Source of the DNA: Thermoplasmatales archaeon UBA447
GTDB lineage: Archaea; Thermoplasmatota; Thermoplasmata; Thermoplasmatales; Thermoplasmataceae
Assembly (NCBI GenBank): GCA_002503205.1
Contig: DARE01000053.1
Coordinates: 17,305-81,304 of the forward strand
Length of the DNA stretch: 64,000 bases
Direction: 5' to 3'
Notes under the pieces: generated by a model
What the model saw: only the letters and a program-made list of their open reading frames with translations
The model's database searches: none
Told to the model about the DNA's origin: nothing
In this document: positions 52,144 through 61,883 of the stretch, piece after piece
Numbering within the stretch: the stretch's first letter is position 1
Layout: every line of letters begins with the position of its first letter
Program-made: the position numbers and the translations under genes

Positions 52144-52758
52144 CTATCTTTCACCGAACTCGCTCATTATAGCTGCCATTATGAGCACCAGATATCTGTC
52201 ACAATCCCCATTAAATTCTAGTTTCCATCTGTCACGCATTGAAACTATGGGAGCATGCAATAAAGCAACCTGGGCACCATTGCTGTCAAGAACTTCTAGT
52301 GATTTTCTGAACCCACTATATTCAGAAATCAGTATAGGGTTTGAACCTGTATCAGTGATCTCCACCTTCTCCTTTGCTAGGTTCATTAAATAGTGCGCTG
52401 CCTTGAATTTCTCCTCTGTCTCATTCCCATTCATTATTGAAAAATCATTCTTTTTATGGAAAAAGTTCAGTGACTTCACCGAATAAATATAATTTCCTGC
52501 CAGATCCCCTATTTTGAAATTAAGGAAGCCTTCAACCATCTGTGCTATTCTGTTTAACAATCCTCCACCGGGCTGCTGAGGATTGCCAGGAGATGGGTCG
52601 TAATCAATTCTGAGTACCTCATTGTCGTTCTCATCCCTGACAATCTTTGTCCGGTACTTCTCGAAATTTATGGGCACTCCTTCGATGTATGGCTTTATTA
52701 TTTTTTTATCCATCATGTACAGAATCCTGCTTTCCTTTATGTTTGACTGATCTGCCAT
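52144..52758 (-). CDS. LURP-one/Tubby-C/scramblase-like protein
   Basis: Beta-rich repeats, RDRWKLEF and a C-terminal hydrophobic helix. Confidence 0.55.
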   Translation of the reverse strand: MADQSNIKESRILYMMDKKIIKPYIEGVPINFEKYRTKIVRDENDNEVLRIDYDPSPGNPQQPGGGLLNRIAQMVEGFLNFKIGDLAGNYIYSVKSLNFFHKKNDFSIMNGNETEEKFKAAHYLMNLAKEKVEITDTGSNPILISEYSGFRKSLEVLDSNGAQVALLHAPIVSMRDRWKLEFNGDCDRYLVLIMAAIMSEFGER

Positions 52759-53072
52759 TATAATACCAAACAATTAATTTATTTTAATTTTTCTAAAAAA
52801 ATTTTATCTATTTTACATCCAACCATAGGAATCCTAAAGTTTACTGCATGGCTCAATGACTGATTTCTTTAATATTTACAACAGGAAAATCTCGAAATTG
52901 CTTTAATATAATTGCATCAATTGCTTTGCAGAGGACATTATTTCAATACCTGATGAAATCATCTTAATTTTGAGAAAATTAAAATTATGCAATTGGGTAG
53001 ACTAATATATGAAGATAGATTTATATATATTCGAAATGTTAAGCATATGACATTTGTCAGACAGAGGTCATT

Positions 53073-56000
53073 ATGATAGTCGAGTCTTTGGAACTGGATA
53101 ACTTCAAGTCCTTCGGTAAGAAGGTTCAGATATTTTTTAGAAAGGGATTTACGGTGATAAGTGGCCCAAATGGAAGCGGGAAGTCCAACATCGGGGACTC
53201 ATTCCTGTTTGTAATGGGTGAACGGTCAAACAAGACTGTTAGGGCTGACAGGTTGTCAGACCTCATCCACAAAAGTTCTAAAGGGGAAAGGCAGAAAAAT
53301 TATTGCAGCGTTTCAATAAGAATAGATACTGAGGATAAAAGCGCGGAAGAAAAGGACAGGAAGGTGGAGATTAGAAGGGAAGTGGTATCTGAAAGTGATG
53401 GCTACAAATCTAACTATTTCATAAATGGCCGCAAGGTAAGGTATTCAGAGGTTTCCACAATGCTGGATTCTTTCCGGATTTTCCTTGACTCTTACAGTTT
53501 TGTTCTCCAGGGTGACATAAATAATATCGTGAAAATGAGTGGAGGCGAGAGGAGGAAATTGCTGGAATCCATAGCCGGCATAGAAAGTTTTGATCTGCAG
53601 ATTGACAAAGCAAAATACGATATTGAGACTCTTAACTCAAACCTTGGTAAACTGGAGGTTCTGGAGGAGGAACTGAAGGGCAGGAAGATCTCTCTTGAGA
53701 TTGAGAGGGAGATAGCCCAGAAATATATGGACCTGACAAACAGGCTGAAAAACCTGAAATTCACTGAACTGTCGATTCAACAGGATTTCCTGAGGAGGGA
53801 AATAACATCACAGACAGACCAGATCTCATCATTCGAAAATGAGATTCAGCAGCTAAATTTAGAGGTCTCAGAATTACTGGCCCAGCTCAATGATCTGAAA
53901 AGCAGGATTGATGTAGAAAAAGAAAATCTCGAGAGAACCGGAAATTCTGAGTTGAAAGAGATAAGGCAAAAAATTCAGGATCTTAAAATCAGTCTTGCCT
54001 CCAACCGGATGAAGAGTTCTGATCTGAAGGACAACGGTGCATCAGTAAGATCGGAAATTGAGTCAAATACAAAATATCAAGAGGAATCGTCCAGGAGGTT
54101 ACAGTGGCTCGAGTCTAACATAAGGGAAAGCGAAGCCATTTTAAAGGAAACATCTGATAAGTTGTCAGAGAAGAACGAAATACTTAAAAAACTGAGAGAG
54201 TCCTCAGCAGAGAATTCTAAAGTTCTCATGAGTCTGCAGGAGTCAATCCGCAGACACGACGAAGAACTATCAGTAATGAATTCAGAGCTTGAGTCGCTGC
54301 AGGAAAAACAGAAGGAGCTGGCAGTGGAAAGAAGCCGTCTTAACACTGAGATGGCTTCAATTGAAAATCGCATAGGTGAGGTTGAATTCCAGATTAAGGA
54401 TTACAGGTGGGCAATAAGGGAGATAAATGAAACTGAAACAACAAGTTCAGAAAGTTTTCAGGAGCTTAACCGCAGATACTACTCCCTGAAATCAGAGCTT
54501 TCGGCCAAGAGGCAAAGGAAGGATGAGATAGTTAGGGAGCTCTCAAGGCTTAACCATGAATATTCTCAGATCCAGATTTCACTGGGTTCCCGTGGATTCA
54601 CAGTAAACAGGGCTCTGGCCACAATTCTGGAAGCAAGAAACAGCGGCTCAATACAGGGAATTATAGGGCCTCTAAAGGAGTTAATCTCCTATGACCAGAA
54701 GTTCAGGCAGGCAGTTGAGGCAGCAGCAGGCTCAAGGCTAAACTCTGTGGTCGTCAGAGACGATGGGGTTGCCGAAGAATGCCTTAACCTGCTTAAGTCA
54801 AGCCGAACCGGAAAGTTGACTTTTCTGCCTATGAACAAGATGCTCCCAGGCAGGCCAAGGGGAAAGGCAATAACTGTGCGTTCTTCCGAGGGATCCCTTG
54901 GGTATATATTTGAAAACCTGAAGTACCATGAGGAGTATTCAAACGTAATATGGTACGCATTTCAGGATACTGTGATCGTGGATACCGTCAGATCAGCCCG
55001 AAAATATATGGGTGGCATTCGTATGGTCACACTTGATGGGGATATTTTTGAGGCTAGTGGAGCTATATCCGGTGGATTTACGGAAAGAGCTAAGAATAGT
55101 GAGGACCTGGAAAACAGGGCAAAGTCTCTCTCAGAATCCATTCAGGCTCTCAATGCTGAACTCTCTTCTCTAGAGGTTGATATTGCAGATATTTCCGCAT
55201 CATTTGAATCTGTATCTTCTGATTTGCAGTCAAGATCGCAGGATCAGGGTTCCCACAAAACAAAACTTAACATGCTCAACGAGAATCTTGAGAAGGCAAC
55301 AGTGCAGCTTGACGAGCTGAGGCCACAGGAGGAAGCAAAGAAGAGGGAGATTACAGATCTTGATGTAAGGTTTAACTCTATTTCAGCTAGCATAGAGGAG
55401 ATTAAGAAAATGATATCTTCTGAGAATGAAGCGAAGGAAAAAGATTTCACTGAGTTCAGAAGAATTTCTCCATCCTATGCTTCCCAGGACGAGGACCTGA
55501 ACTCGGAGATAGAATCCCTTTCATCCAAGAAAAGTGAATACGCCCTGGAAATATCCAAACTCCGTTCAGAAATGGAGTTCATACAGAAGAATGTCCAGAA
55601 TGTCATATCAAAAAACAGAACACTTGAGGACGACCTGAACTCAAAACGTTCCCAGATATCATCACTTGAGGCTCAGGAGAAAACATTATCTTCTGATCTT
55701 GAAAAACTTCTCGCGCTTGAAACTCAGATCGATGAACGAACCAGAGAGACAGTTGAAAGAATAAGAAGCATGGAGCGTGAAGAAAGTTCCATCAATGATA
55801 GCATCGAATCCACAAGAGCTATGATTTCAACAAAGAAGGAGATGATGATAACCCTTCAGGGAAAAAGAGAGAATTCACAGAACAGGTTAAGGGATATTGA
55901 AGGGGAGATCAGTATATCGGAAGGCACCAGGATCGAATCCGTGAAAACGGTATCCGAAGCAAGGTCATTGATGACAGCAACCATGAACGATATAGAATCC

Positions 56001-56648
56001 CTGGGACCTGTGAACCAGAAGGCTATAGAGGAGTTCGATAAAGTATCCAGGGATCTCGATTCAATAAGAGGGGAAATTGAACAGCTCTCCTCGGAAAAGA
56101 AACAGCTTGTGGATCTCACTGAAAGGCTTACCGAACAGAAGAAATCCGCATTCATGGATATGTTCCATGGTATAAACAATTCAATGAGAGCAATATATGA
56201 ACAGCTCTCTGGAGGTGGGGATGCTTTCCTGGAGCTCAGTGATCCAGAAAATCCTCTGGAGTCTGAAGTCACTATAAGGGCCAGGCCGAAGGGGTCGAAC
56301 TTTACAAAACTTGAAGCACTGAGTGGAGGAGAGAAAAGCCTCACCGCTCTTTCATTTATCCTTGCGGTTCAGAGAATCAATCCCTCTCCATTCTATTATC
56401 TGGATGAGGTGGACATGTTTCTTGACGGAGCAAATGCAGAGAGGGTTGGTAAGCTTTTCAAGGCAAACTCAGGGACTTCACAAATATTCTCTGTTTCTTT
56501 GAGGAAATCAATGCTGAAGTACGCAGATAATGTGGTAGCTGTGGTTAATGTCGATGGTGAAAATTCCAATGTATACGAGAAGAGTTTCCATGAGGGGTTA
56601 GATCAGGAGAGAGGTGATGAAGACGAACAGGGAAGAGATTCTGCATAG
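53073..56648 (+). CDS. smc: Chromosome segregation protein SMC
   Basis: NFKSF, GPNGSGKSN, QG Q-loop, hinge (TLDGD...GAISGG), LSGGEKS, LDEVD. Confidence 0.98.
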   Translation: MIVESLELDNFKSFGKKVQIFFRKGFTVISGPNGSGKSNIGDSFLFVMGERSNKTVRADRLSDLIHKSSKGERQKNYCSVSIRIDTEDKSAEEKDRKVEIRREVVSESDGYKSNYFINGRKVRYSEVSTMLDSFRIFLDSYSFVLQGDINNIVKMSGGERRKLLESIAGIESFDLQIDKAKYDIETLNSNLGKLEVLEEELKGRKISLEIEREIAQKYMDLTNRLKNLKFTELSIQQDFLRREITSQTDQISSFENEIQQLNLEVSELLAQLNDLKSRIDVEKENLERTGNSELKEIRQKIQDLKISLASNRMKSSDLKDNGASVRSEIESNTKYQEESSRRLQWLESNIRESEAILKETSDKLSEKNEILKKLRESSAENSKVLMSLQESIRRHDEELSVMNSELESLQEKQKELAVERSRLNTEMASIENRIGEVEFQIKDYRWAIREINETETTSSESFQELNRRYYSLKSELSAKRQRKDEIVRELSRLNHEYSQIQISLGSRGFTVNRALATILEARNSGSIQGIIGPLKELISYDQKFRQAVEAAAGSRLNSVVVRDDGVAEECLNLLKSSRTGKLTFLPMNKMLPGRPRGKAITVRSSEGSLGYIFENLKYHEEYSNVIWYAFQDTVIVDTVRSARKYMGGIRMVTLDGDIFEASGAISGGFTERAKNSEDLENRAKSLSESIQALNAELSSLEVDIADISASFESVSSDLQSRSQDQGSHKTKLNMLNENLEKATVQLDELRPQEEAKKREITDLDVRFNSISASIEEIKKMISSENEAKEKDFTEFRRISPSYASQDEDLNSEIESLSSKKSEYALEISKLRSEMEFIQKNVQNVISKNRTLEDDLNSKRSQISSLEAQEKTLSSDLEKLLALETQIDERTRETVERIRSMEREESSINDSIESTRAMISTKKEMMITLQGKRENSQNRLRDIEGEISISEGTRIESVKTVSEARSLMTATMNDIESLGPVNQKAIEEFDKVSRDLDSIRGEIEQLSSEKKQLVDLTERLTEQKKSAFMDMFHGINNSMRAIYEQLSGGGDAFLELSDPENPLESEVTIRARPKGSNFTKLEALSGGEKSLTALSFILAVQRINPSPFYYLDEVDMFLDGANAERVGKLFKANSGTSQIFSVSLRKSMLKYADNVVAVVNVDGENSNVYEKSFHEGLDQERGDEDEQGRDSA

Positions 56649-57414
56649 CCTCATAGTTCAGGGAAACATGCTGGAAAGCGATACGGAGAATTATATCACC
56701 ATACTCGAATCCTCAAAAACAGAGATACACTTCGATGATCCGCTGGAGGAGCTCATAGCAGGGGTTTTCAACATGTGCCTCAATGGAACACTTGATCCCT
56801 GGTCTGTGGACATCGGTGCCTTCAGCAGGATCTTTTCAAATTTTATAGACCGAAATTTCAGGGATTTCTATGTTGCAGGATACCTTATCCAGAGTGCCTG
56901 GAGGATACTTTCACTGAAGTCTGATGAAGCCGTTCTAAGAAGATTCAGGAGTGAAGAGGAGGAAAACGCAGAGGAAATTGAATTCGAAGATGGAGTTAAC
57001 ATCAAGTCCCGGGAAGATCCCCTGGAGCTGAAAGAGCCAGTCATACACAGTGAAAGGAGGAAAGTTTTCCTCGTCGAGCTTTTGGATGTGATGAAGGATG
57101 CCTATGAATATTCTGGGAAAAAACGGCATGAAAGGAGATTTGAAGTTGAACATCCAACCGGAGATATAGATTCCATATTTGAGAAGCTTCACCCGGAAGA
57201 GCCTGAAAAGGAGGCCAGGGACATTCTGGATGTGATCAAAAGCATTAATTCTGAGCCAATCAACATAGACAGTATTCCAACAAACCTGGGAGTTACAGGG
57301 CAATCACTGCTTGTTTACTGTATGTTTCTTGCCCGGGATAGAGAGATCGATATAGAACAGGAATATCCGTTCGGCCCAATCACTCTGAGGGTTAACAGTG
57401 AGTTGAAAAAATGA
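56614..57414 (+). CDS. scpA: Kleisin ScpA
   Basis: LDPWSVDI, LKSD, C-terminal winged helix EQEYPFGPI; overlaps smc. Confidence 0.9.
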   Translation: MMKTNREEILHSLIVQGNMLESDTENYITILESSKTEIHFDDPLEELIAGVFNMCLNGTLDPWSVDIGAFSRIFSNFIDRNFRDFYVAGYLIQSAWRILSLKSDEAVLRRFRSEEEENAEEIEFEDGVNIKSREDPLELKEPVIHSERRKVFLVELLDVMKDAYEYSGKKRHERRFEVEHPTGDIDSIFEKLHPEEPEKEARDILDVIKSINSEPINIDSIPTNLGVTGQSLLVYCMFLARDREIDIEQEYPFGPITLRVNSELKK

Positions 57415-57683
57415 CCTCAATGAATGAACATTCTGAAAATGCAACAAGAATTATCCCAGCATCTGAGATTTCCCAGTATGAGTTCTGCAACGTTGCCTGG
57501 GAGATGGATAGGGCCGGTGTTCCACATTCAACACAATCTTCAGTGAGGATGAGAAGGGGCATAACAAAACATCAGAAGAAAGAGAGGCAATTCCGGTATG
57601 CCAGGGCACTTTCCATAAGCATGGTCATTCTAATGGCTATATTAATAATAACAACTGTACTGATGCTTGCGGGATTGGTTTGA
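57411..57683 (+). CDS. Membrane-anchored protein carrying the Cas4/RecB-family N-terminal segment
   Basis: IIPASEISQYEFC..W...RG...H followed by a basic patch and a C-terminal TM helix. Confidence 0.75.
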   Translation: MTSMNEHSENATRIIPASEISQYEFCNVAWEMDRAGVPHSTQSSVRMRRGITKHQKKERQFRYARALSISMVILMAILIITTVLMLAGLV

Positions 57684-58195
57684 ACGGGCAATTGCTGCCG
57701 GTAATTTTTGTCACTCTAATTCTTGTCCTGTATCTTATTTATCACTTTCTGAGAAAAGCCAACCCTGAACCTGGATCCAGGAGGATATACAGCGATCTAT
57801 CATCGAGCGGTAAAATTATTGTCAGTAACAGATACAGAATTTCTGGCAAGCCCGATATGATTATGCGTAAAGGCAGATATCTGGTTCCATTCGAATACAA
57901 GAGCACAGACGCTGATAGGCCAAGAAGTGGCCATCTGCTTCAGATGGCAGCATACTTCCTGATTCTTGAGGAGAATTTCCCGGAATTGAGAGTGGATCAC
58001 GGGGTTCTGGAATACAGACGAAAGAAATTCAGGATTGAAAACTCCAGAGAGTTAAGAGACCAACTTCTGAAAACTGTCCACAAAATGAGGGGAAGCAATC
58101 TGAATGGGAAAAGAAATCACAATAACCCTGGGAAATGCTTCAGGTGCTCATTCAAGGATTCCTGTTTGCAAAATTTAATTACAGCAAAACGATAG
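57680..58195 (+). CDS. Cas4-like PD-(D/E)xK nuclease with an N-terminal TM helix (solo, no CRISPR)
   Basis: TM at residues 4-23; GKPD, EYK, QMAAY, CFRCSFKDSC. Confidence 0.85.
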   Translation: MNGQLLPVIFVTLILVLYLIYHFLRKANPEPGSRRIYSDLSSSGKIIVSNRYRISGKPDMIMRKGRYLVPFEYKSTDADRPRSGHLLQMAAYFLILEENFPELRVDHGVLEYRRKKFRIENSRELRDQLLKTVHKMRGSNLNGKRNHNNPGKCFRCSFKDSCLQNLITAKR

Positions 58196-58204
58196 AGCGG
58201 AGAA

Positions 58205-59209
58205 ATGTTCCCTGTCAATATTCTTTCCAGAAACATGGCCGAGGTTGTCACAGTGGAAGAGGCGGAGAAACTTGATCCAGAGTCATCCACTGCCTATATT
58301 GGTTTTGAGCCCTCCGGGCTTCCCCATATCGCCACCGGGATACTCTGGACCATGAAAGTGAAGGAACTGGCTGAGGCTGGCATCAGGGTAACAGTTTTGC
58401 TGGCTGATCTGCATTCACAGATAAACGACAAACTTGGGGGCGATCTTCAAAGGATACGGGAAAGCGGTAGAATGATAGAGCGATGCATGAAGGCATATGG
58501 CCTCCCATCCGATGTTGAATTCAAATGGGCGACCGACCTTGTAAACAATATGGATTACTGGACAACACTCATAAAGGTTGCAAAGAGTTCAACCCTTTCC
58601 CGGCTAAAGCGTTCACTTCCAATTATGGGAAGGACAGAGGAGGATGCAGAGGGTGACTTCAGCAAATTCATATACCCCCTGATGCAGGTGACAGACATAG
58701 TATACAGCGGCTTCGACATAGCACTTGGAGGCATGGACCAGAGGCATGCCCATATGCTGCAGAGGGATATAGCTGAACGAATGGGAGTGAAGAAGGTAGT
58801 CTCGGTACATGGGAATCTTCTGGAAAGCCTGAAAGGCACAGGTAGGATGGACCCATTTAAGAAAATGTCCAAGAGTGATGCCGATTCGGCCATATTCATG
58901 ACGGACAGTGAAACAGAAGTGGTAAGGAAAATATCCTCGGCTTTCTGCCCTGTAAAAGAGACATCCGGGAATCCTGTGGTTGACATACTCAAATACATAA
59001 TTCTCCCATACTCAGAAGATGGAATAGAAATAGTCCGCCCCCCTTCCAAAGGAGGTGCAATAAGCTTCACAGATTTCGCTGAATTCAGCAGAGTTTATGA
59101 AAAAGGCGAGATTCATCCCCTTGATCTTAAGAAGGCAGTTGCATCCGGATTGAACAATTTGATGGAAAAAGGGAGGAGAGCACTGGCAGCGGATCTTTCT
59201 CCAATGTGA
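58205..59209 (+). CDS. tyrS: Tyrosine--tRNA ligase
   Basis: YIGFEPSG.PHI, YPLMQVTD, GGMDQR, KMSKS. Confidence 0.94.
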   Translation: MFPVNILSRNMAEVVTVEEAEKLDPESSTAYIGFEPSGLPHIATGILWTMKVKELAEAGIRVTVLLADLHSQINDKLGGDLQRIRESGRMIERCMKAYGLPSDVEFKWATDLVNNMDYWTTLIKVAKSSTLSRLKRSLPIMGRTEEDAEGDFSKFIYPLMQVTDIVYSGFDIALGGMDQRHAHMLQRDIAERMGVKKVVSVHGNLLESLKGTGRMDPFKKMSKSDADSAIFMTDSETEVVRKISSAFCPVKETSGNPVVDILKYIILPYSEDGIEIVRPPSKGGAISFTDFAEFSRVYEKGEIHPLDLKKAVASGLNNLMEKGRRALAADLSPM

Positions 59210-59232
59210 TAATGTCCTCCTGCATACAGAAT

Positions 59233-59391
59233 CTATTTCAGTTTTTCCAGCACTATTTTTCCATCCTCAAGGTAGTAGCCAAGTATCTCAGATGGCTGAA
59301 TTCTCAATTCATCTATGACTTTCTTTGGAATTGTAATCCTAAGGGATTTGCTTTTCTTTGAAACATGTGATACGTCAATGAGAGTTCTCAT
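59233..59391 (-). CDS. AbrB/MazE/SpoVT-family DNA-binding protein (52 aa, not in ORF track)
   Basis: MRTLIDVSHVSKKSKSLRITIPKKVIDELRIQPSEILGYYLEDGKIVLEKLK; TTATAT box upstream. Confidence 0.8.
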   Translation of the reverse strand: MRTLIDVSHVSKKSKSLRITIPKKVIDELRIQPSEILGYYLEDGKIVLEKLK

Positions 59392-59449
59392 AATAATATG
59401 CTAACATAAATTCCATATATAAGTATGACACTTGCTAGCAATAAAATCC

Positions 59450-60469
59450 TCAGAAAAACCTGTCCAGGCTTTTCTGAGCACCCTTGGAATACAGTTTGGA
59501 CAGGGTATCCACGTATGGAGAAACACGCTCTGGTGAGAAATTATGTCTGTCACAGAGTATCTTAATGATCGATTCCCTGTCCGGAGGCCTTAACTGGATA
59601 TCTCCCCATTCCTCATGCGGTGGGTTCAGGAAGATGTCCTCAACCTCATCAAGGCTTTCTATAGTTGCACTTTTCATTTCAAGAATCTGCTGAAGAGTGT
59701 TACCCTTTCGAACAAGATTGAGGCCAGTTTTTGCTCCCACTCTATGCACCCCTCTATTGAAATCAGTGCCTGTAAGCATGCCAATCCAGATTAGCTGTCT
59801 CCTGTTGATTGAAAGGTTTGAAAGGTTTTCCTCCAGATCGATATATTCGGGCCTCACGTTGACATAGAAGTTTCTGCCCGGGACCTTTCTTCTTCCCGAG
59901 AATGTCATATTTCGGAAGACTCTTCTGGCACCGAAAAGCAGGCAGTCATAATCCTGAGAAATCACGCCGTCAACTGCCCCCTGCGCATTCATGTAGGATG
60001 CCTGTGCCTCTCCTTCTGACTTTGCCTGAACCACAGGAATGCCCATAGCCTCCAGGAGTTCCCTGCACTCATCTATCATTGGCCGTGTGAGATAATTGAT
60101 TCTTCCGGACAGGGAACGTATTCGCTCCTCATCTCCAGCCTCCTCTGCCTTCTTCAGCTCCATAATATTTTTCTCCCTCATCATCCTCCTTTCATCAAGT
60201 GTGTTTCCCTTCAGGCTTGAAGGCTTGCCATCAAGCACATAAACCAGTCTCAGGCCTGCGGAGATGAGGCTGACAGATCTGTAGAAGAGGCCTGAAAGGT
60301 GTGATGTAACGTTTCCAGCATTATCCATCAGGGGGGTCCCGTCTGGTTGCCTGATGCTGCTGAGGAACTGGTAAATTATATTGTATGAGTCAACAGCCAT
60401 TGTCATTCCGGAATGGTCCTCAATCCGTGTCTCATGTTTGATGAGTATATCAGAAATATCTACTCCCAT
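59450..60469 (-). CDS. fen: Flap endonuclease 1
   Basis: YQFLSSIRQPDG, EGEAQA, SQDYD, GTDFN, PIP box QKSLDRFF. Confidence 0.97.
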   Translation of the reverse strand: MGVDISDILIKHETRIEDHSGMTMAVDSYNIIYQFLSSIRQPDGTPLMDNAGNVTSHLSGLFYRSVSLISAGLRLVYVLDGKPSSLKGNTLDERRMMREKNIMELKKAEEAGDEERIRSLSGRINYLTRPMIDECRELLEAMGIPVVQAKSEGEAQASYMNAQGAVDGVISQDYDCLLFGARRVFRNMTFSGRRKVPGRNFYVNVRPEYIDLEENLSNLSINRRQLIWIGMLTGTDFNRGVHRVGAKTGLNLVRKGNTLQQILEMKSATIESLDEVEDIFLNPPHEEWGDIQLRPPDRESIIKILCDRHNFSPERVSPYVDTLSKLYSKGAQKSLDRFF

Positions 60470-61170
60470 CAGGGCACCTCACAAGAAATTCCATATTCCA
60501 TGAGCCTGAAAATCGCACTTTTGCCCTCGGCGATGGATCTGTGTTTTACAACACTGATCTTCCTCCCTCCACCTGCTGTTTTCTCAACCCTGAATATTGC
60601 CTTCATGAGATGATCCATGAGGAACCCGCCGAAGGGATGAAGGTTGCCGGAATCAGGATCCTGGTATATCTGGTTCGTAAGCAGCACAGGAATTGAGTTC
60701 CTGACAGCTATGCCGGTCAGAAGGTTAAGCTGGCGTTGAAATGCAGAACTCCTGCTCTGGTAATCCTGAAAATTCTCAAGCCTGAAGAATTCTGTGAATG
60801 AATCAATGACGACAACACCCACACCCCCGGGCTTTTCCGTGAGTTTGGAGGCCTTGATTATTGAAACCTCCTGGTCATCAAGAGATGAGACCCTGTAAAG
60901 AAGAAGGTTATCCATATTATCTGTTCTGCTGGAATTCAGCTGAAGAAACCTTTCTGTGGAGAAACCTTCCGAATCCAGGAAGATTACCTTTTTGCCAGAA
61001 CTTAGTGCGGAGATGGTGAACAGCATGGCCAGATTGCTCTTCCCTGCACCGCCTTCTCCGAATATTTCAGTAATAACACCAGACTCAATCCCTCCGCCCA
61101 TAACCGTATCTATGCAAGCCACGCCTGAACTCAATTTAGGCTGAAGGCTGGTGGGATCAAGTTTTTCCAT
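60469..61170 (-). CDS. radB: DNA repair protein RadB
   Basis: GEGGAGKSN, VIDS, KHR basic patch. Confidence 0.93.
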   Translation of the reverse strand: MEKLDPTSLQPKLSSGVACIDTVMGGGIESGVITEIFGEGGAGKSNLAMLFTISALSSGKKVIFLDSEGFSTERFLQLNSSRTDNMDNLLLYRVSSLDDQEVSIIKASKLTEKPGGVGVVVIDSFTEFFRLENFQDYQSRSSAFQRQLNLLTGIAVRNSIPVLLTNQIYQDPDSGNLHPFGGFLMDHLMKAIFRVEKTAGGGRKISVVKHRSIAEGKSAIFRLMEYGISCEVP

Positions 61171-61216
61171 GATCCCTTATTGGTTGTGGATATTTATTTT
61201 TCCTTCGAGCAGAAGC

Positions 61217-61873
61217 TCACTGGGAATTCCATCCAAGTATAGTTTCAGCTACGGGCTTCAGATCTCCTGGTGGAAGTACGCATGTGGCGCTAATTCCATT
61301 CATTCTATCTTCAGCTGCTATATATATTGAATTAGCTGATAAAAAGAACATCCTGGAGTCTTCTGGTGAATCACCAATACTGACAGTTGAATCCGGTTTT
61401 ATTCCATTCTTCTTCTGTATATCTCTAAGAACGATATCTTTTGAATTTGGTTCAACCATTATGATGCCATTTTCGGTGAGTTTTCCGTCTTCAGCAGTAA
61501 CAATGTCGTTGGCCCTGACAATGCCAATGCCCGATTCTGAACTTATCCTTTCCGCCAGAGGCATCAAACCCCCTGAAATTATGGCGCAGGTTATCCCAGC
61601 ATCTTTCAAAGCCCGGACAGATGAATTAATGTTTTTGACCGTCTTTATTCCAGAAAGTATATTCTTCAGATCCGTGGTGGTCATATCCGGCTTTACTGAT
61701 AGCCATCTTCTCACATCTCTAGCAAGGAATTCACTGTAGGTTATCTCAGATTTCCTGTAGAGATCCAGGTTGTCTGAGTTGTCAACGCCCAGATGCCTGT
61801 GGACGAATTCCCAGCTGGATCTCTCCAAAGTGAGAACACCGTCCATATCAAATGCCACCAGCCTGACATGCAT
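61217..61873 (-). CDS. HAD hydrolase, phosphoserine phosphatase-like
   Basis: FDMDGVL, ISGG, K, GDSPED. Confidence 0.8.
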   Translation of the reverse strand: MHVRLVAFDMDGVLTLERSSWEFVHRHLGVDNSDNLDLYRKSEITYSEFLARDVRRWLSVKPDMTTTDLKNILSGIKTVKNINSSVRALKDAGITCAIISGGLMPLAERISSESGIGIVRANDIVTAEDGKLTENGIIMVEPNSKDIVLRDIQKKNGIKPDSTVSIGDSPEDSRMFFLSANSIYIAAEDRMNGISATCVLPPGDLKPVAETILGWNSQ

Positions 61874-61883
61874 TTAAATTACC

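Noticed and set aside
57411-58195. CRISPR-Cas adaptation locus
   Set aside because: No repeat-spacer array and no cas1, cas2 or effector genes in the window; the Cas4-like genes are solo
53073-58195. Wadjet (JetABCD) defence system
   Set aside because: The SMC is a canonical housekeeping SMC with ScpA; there is no Toprim JetD and no kite subunit
58205-59209. Inactive TyrRS because HIGH reads HIAT
   Set aside because: All other catalytic motifs are intact, and HIGH variants occur in archaeal TyrRS
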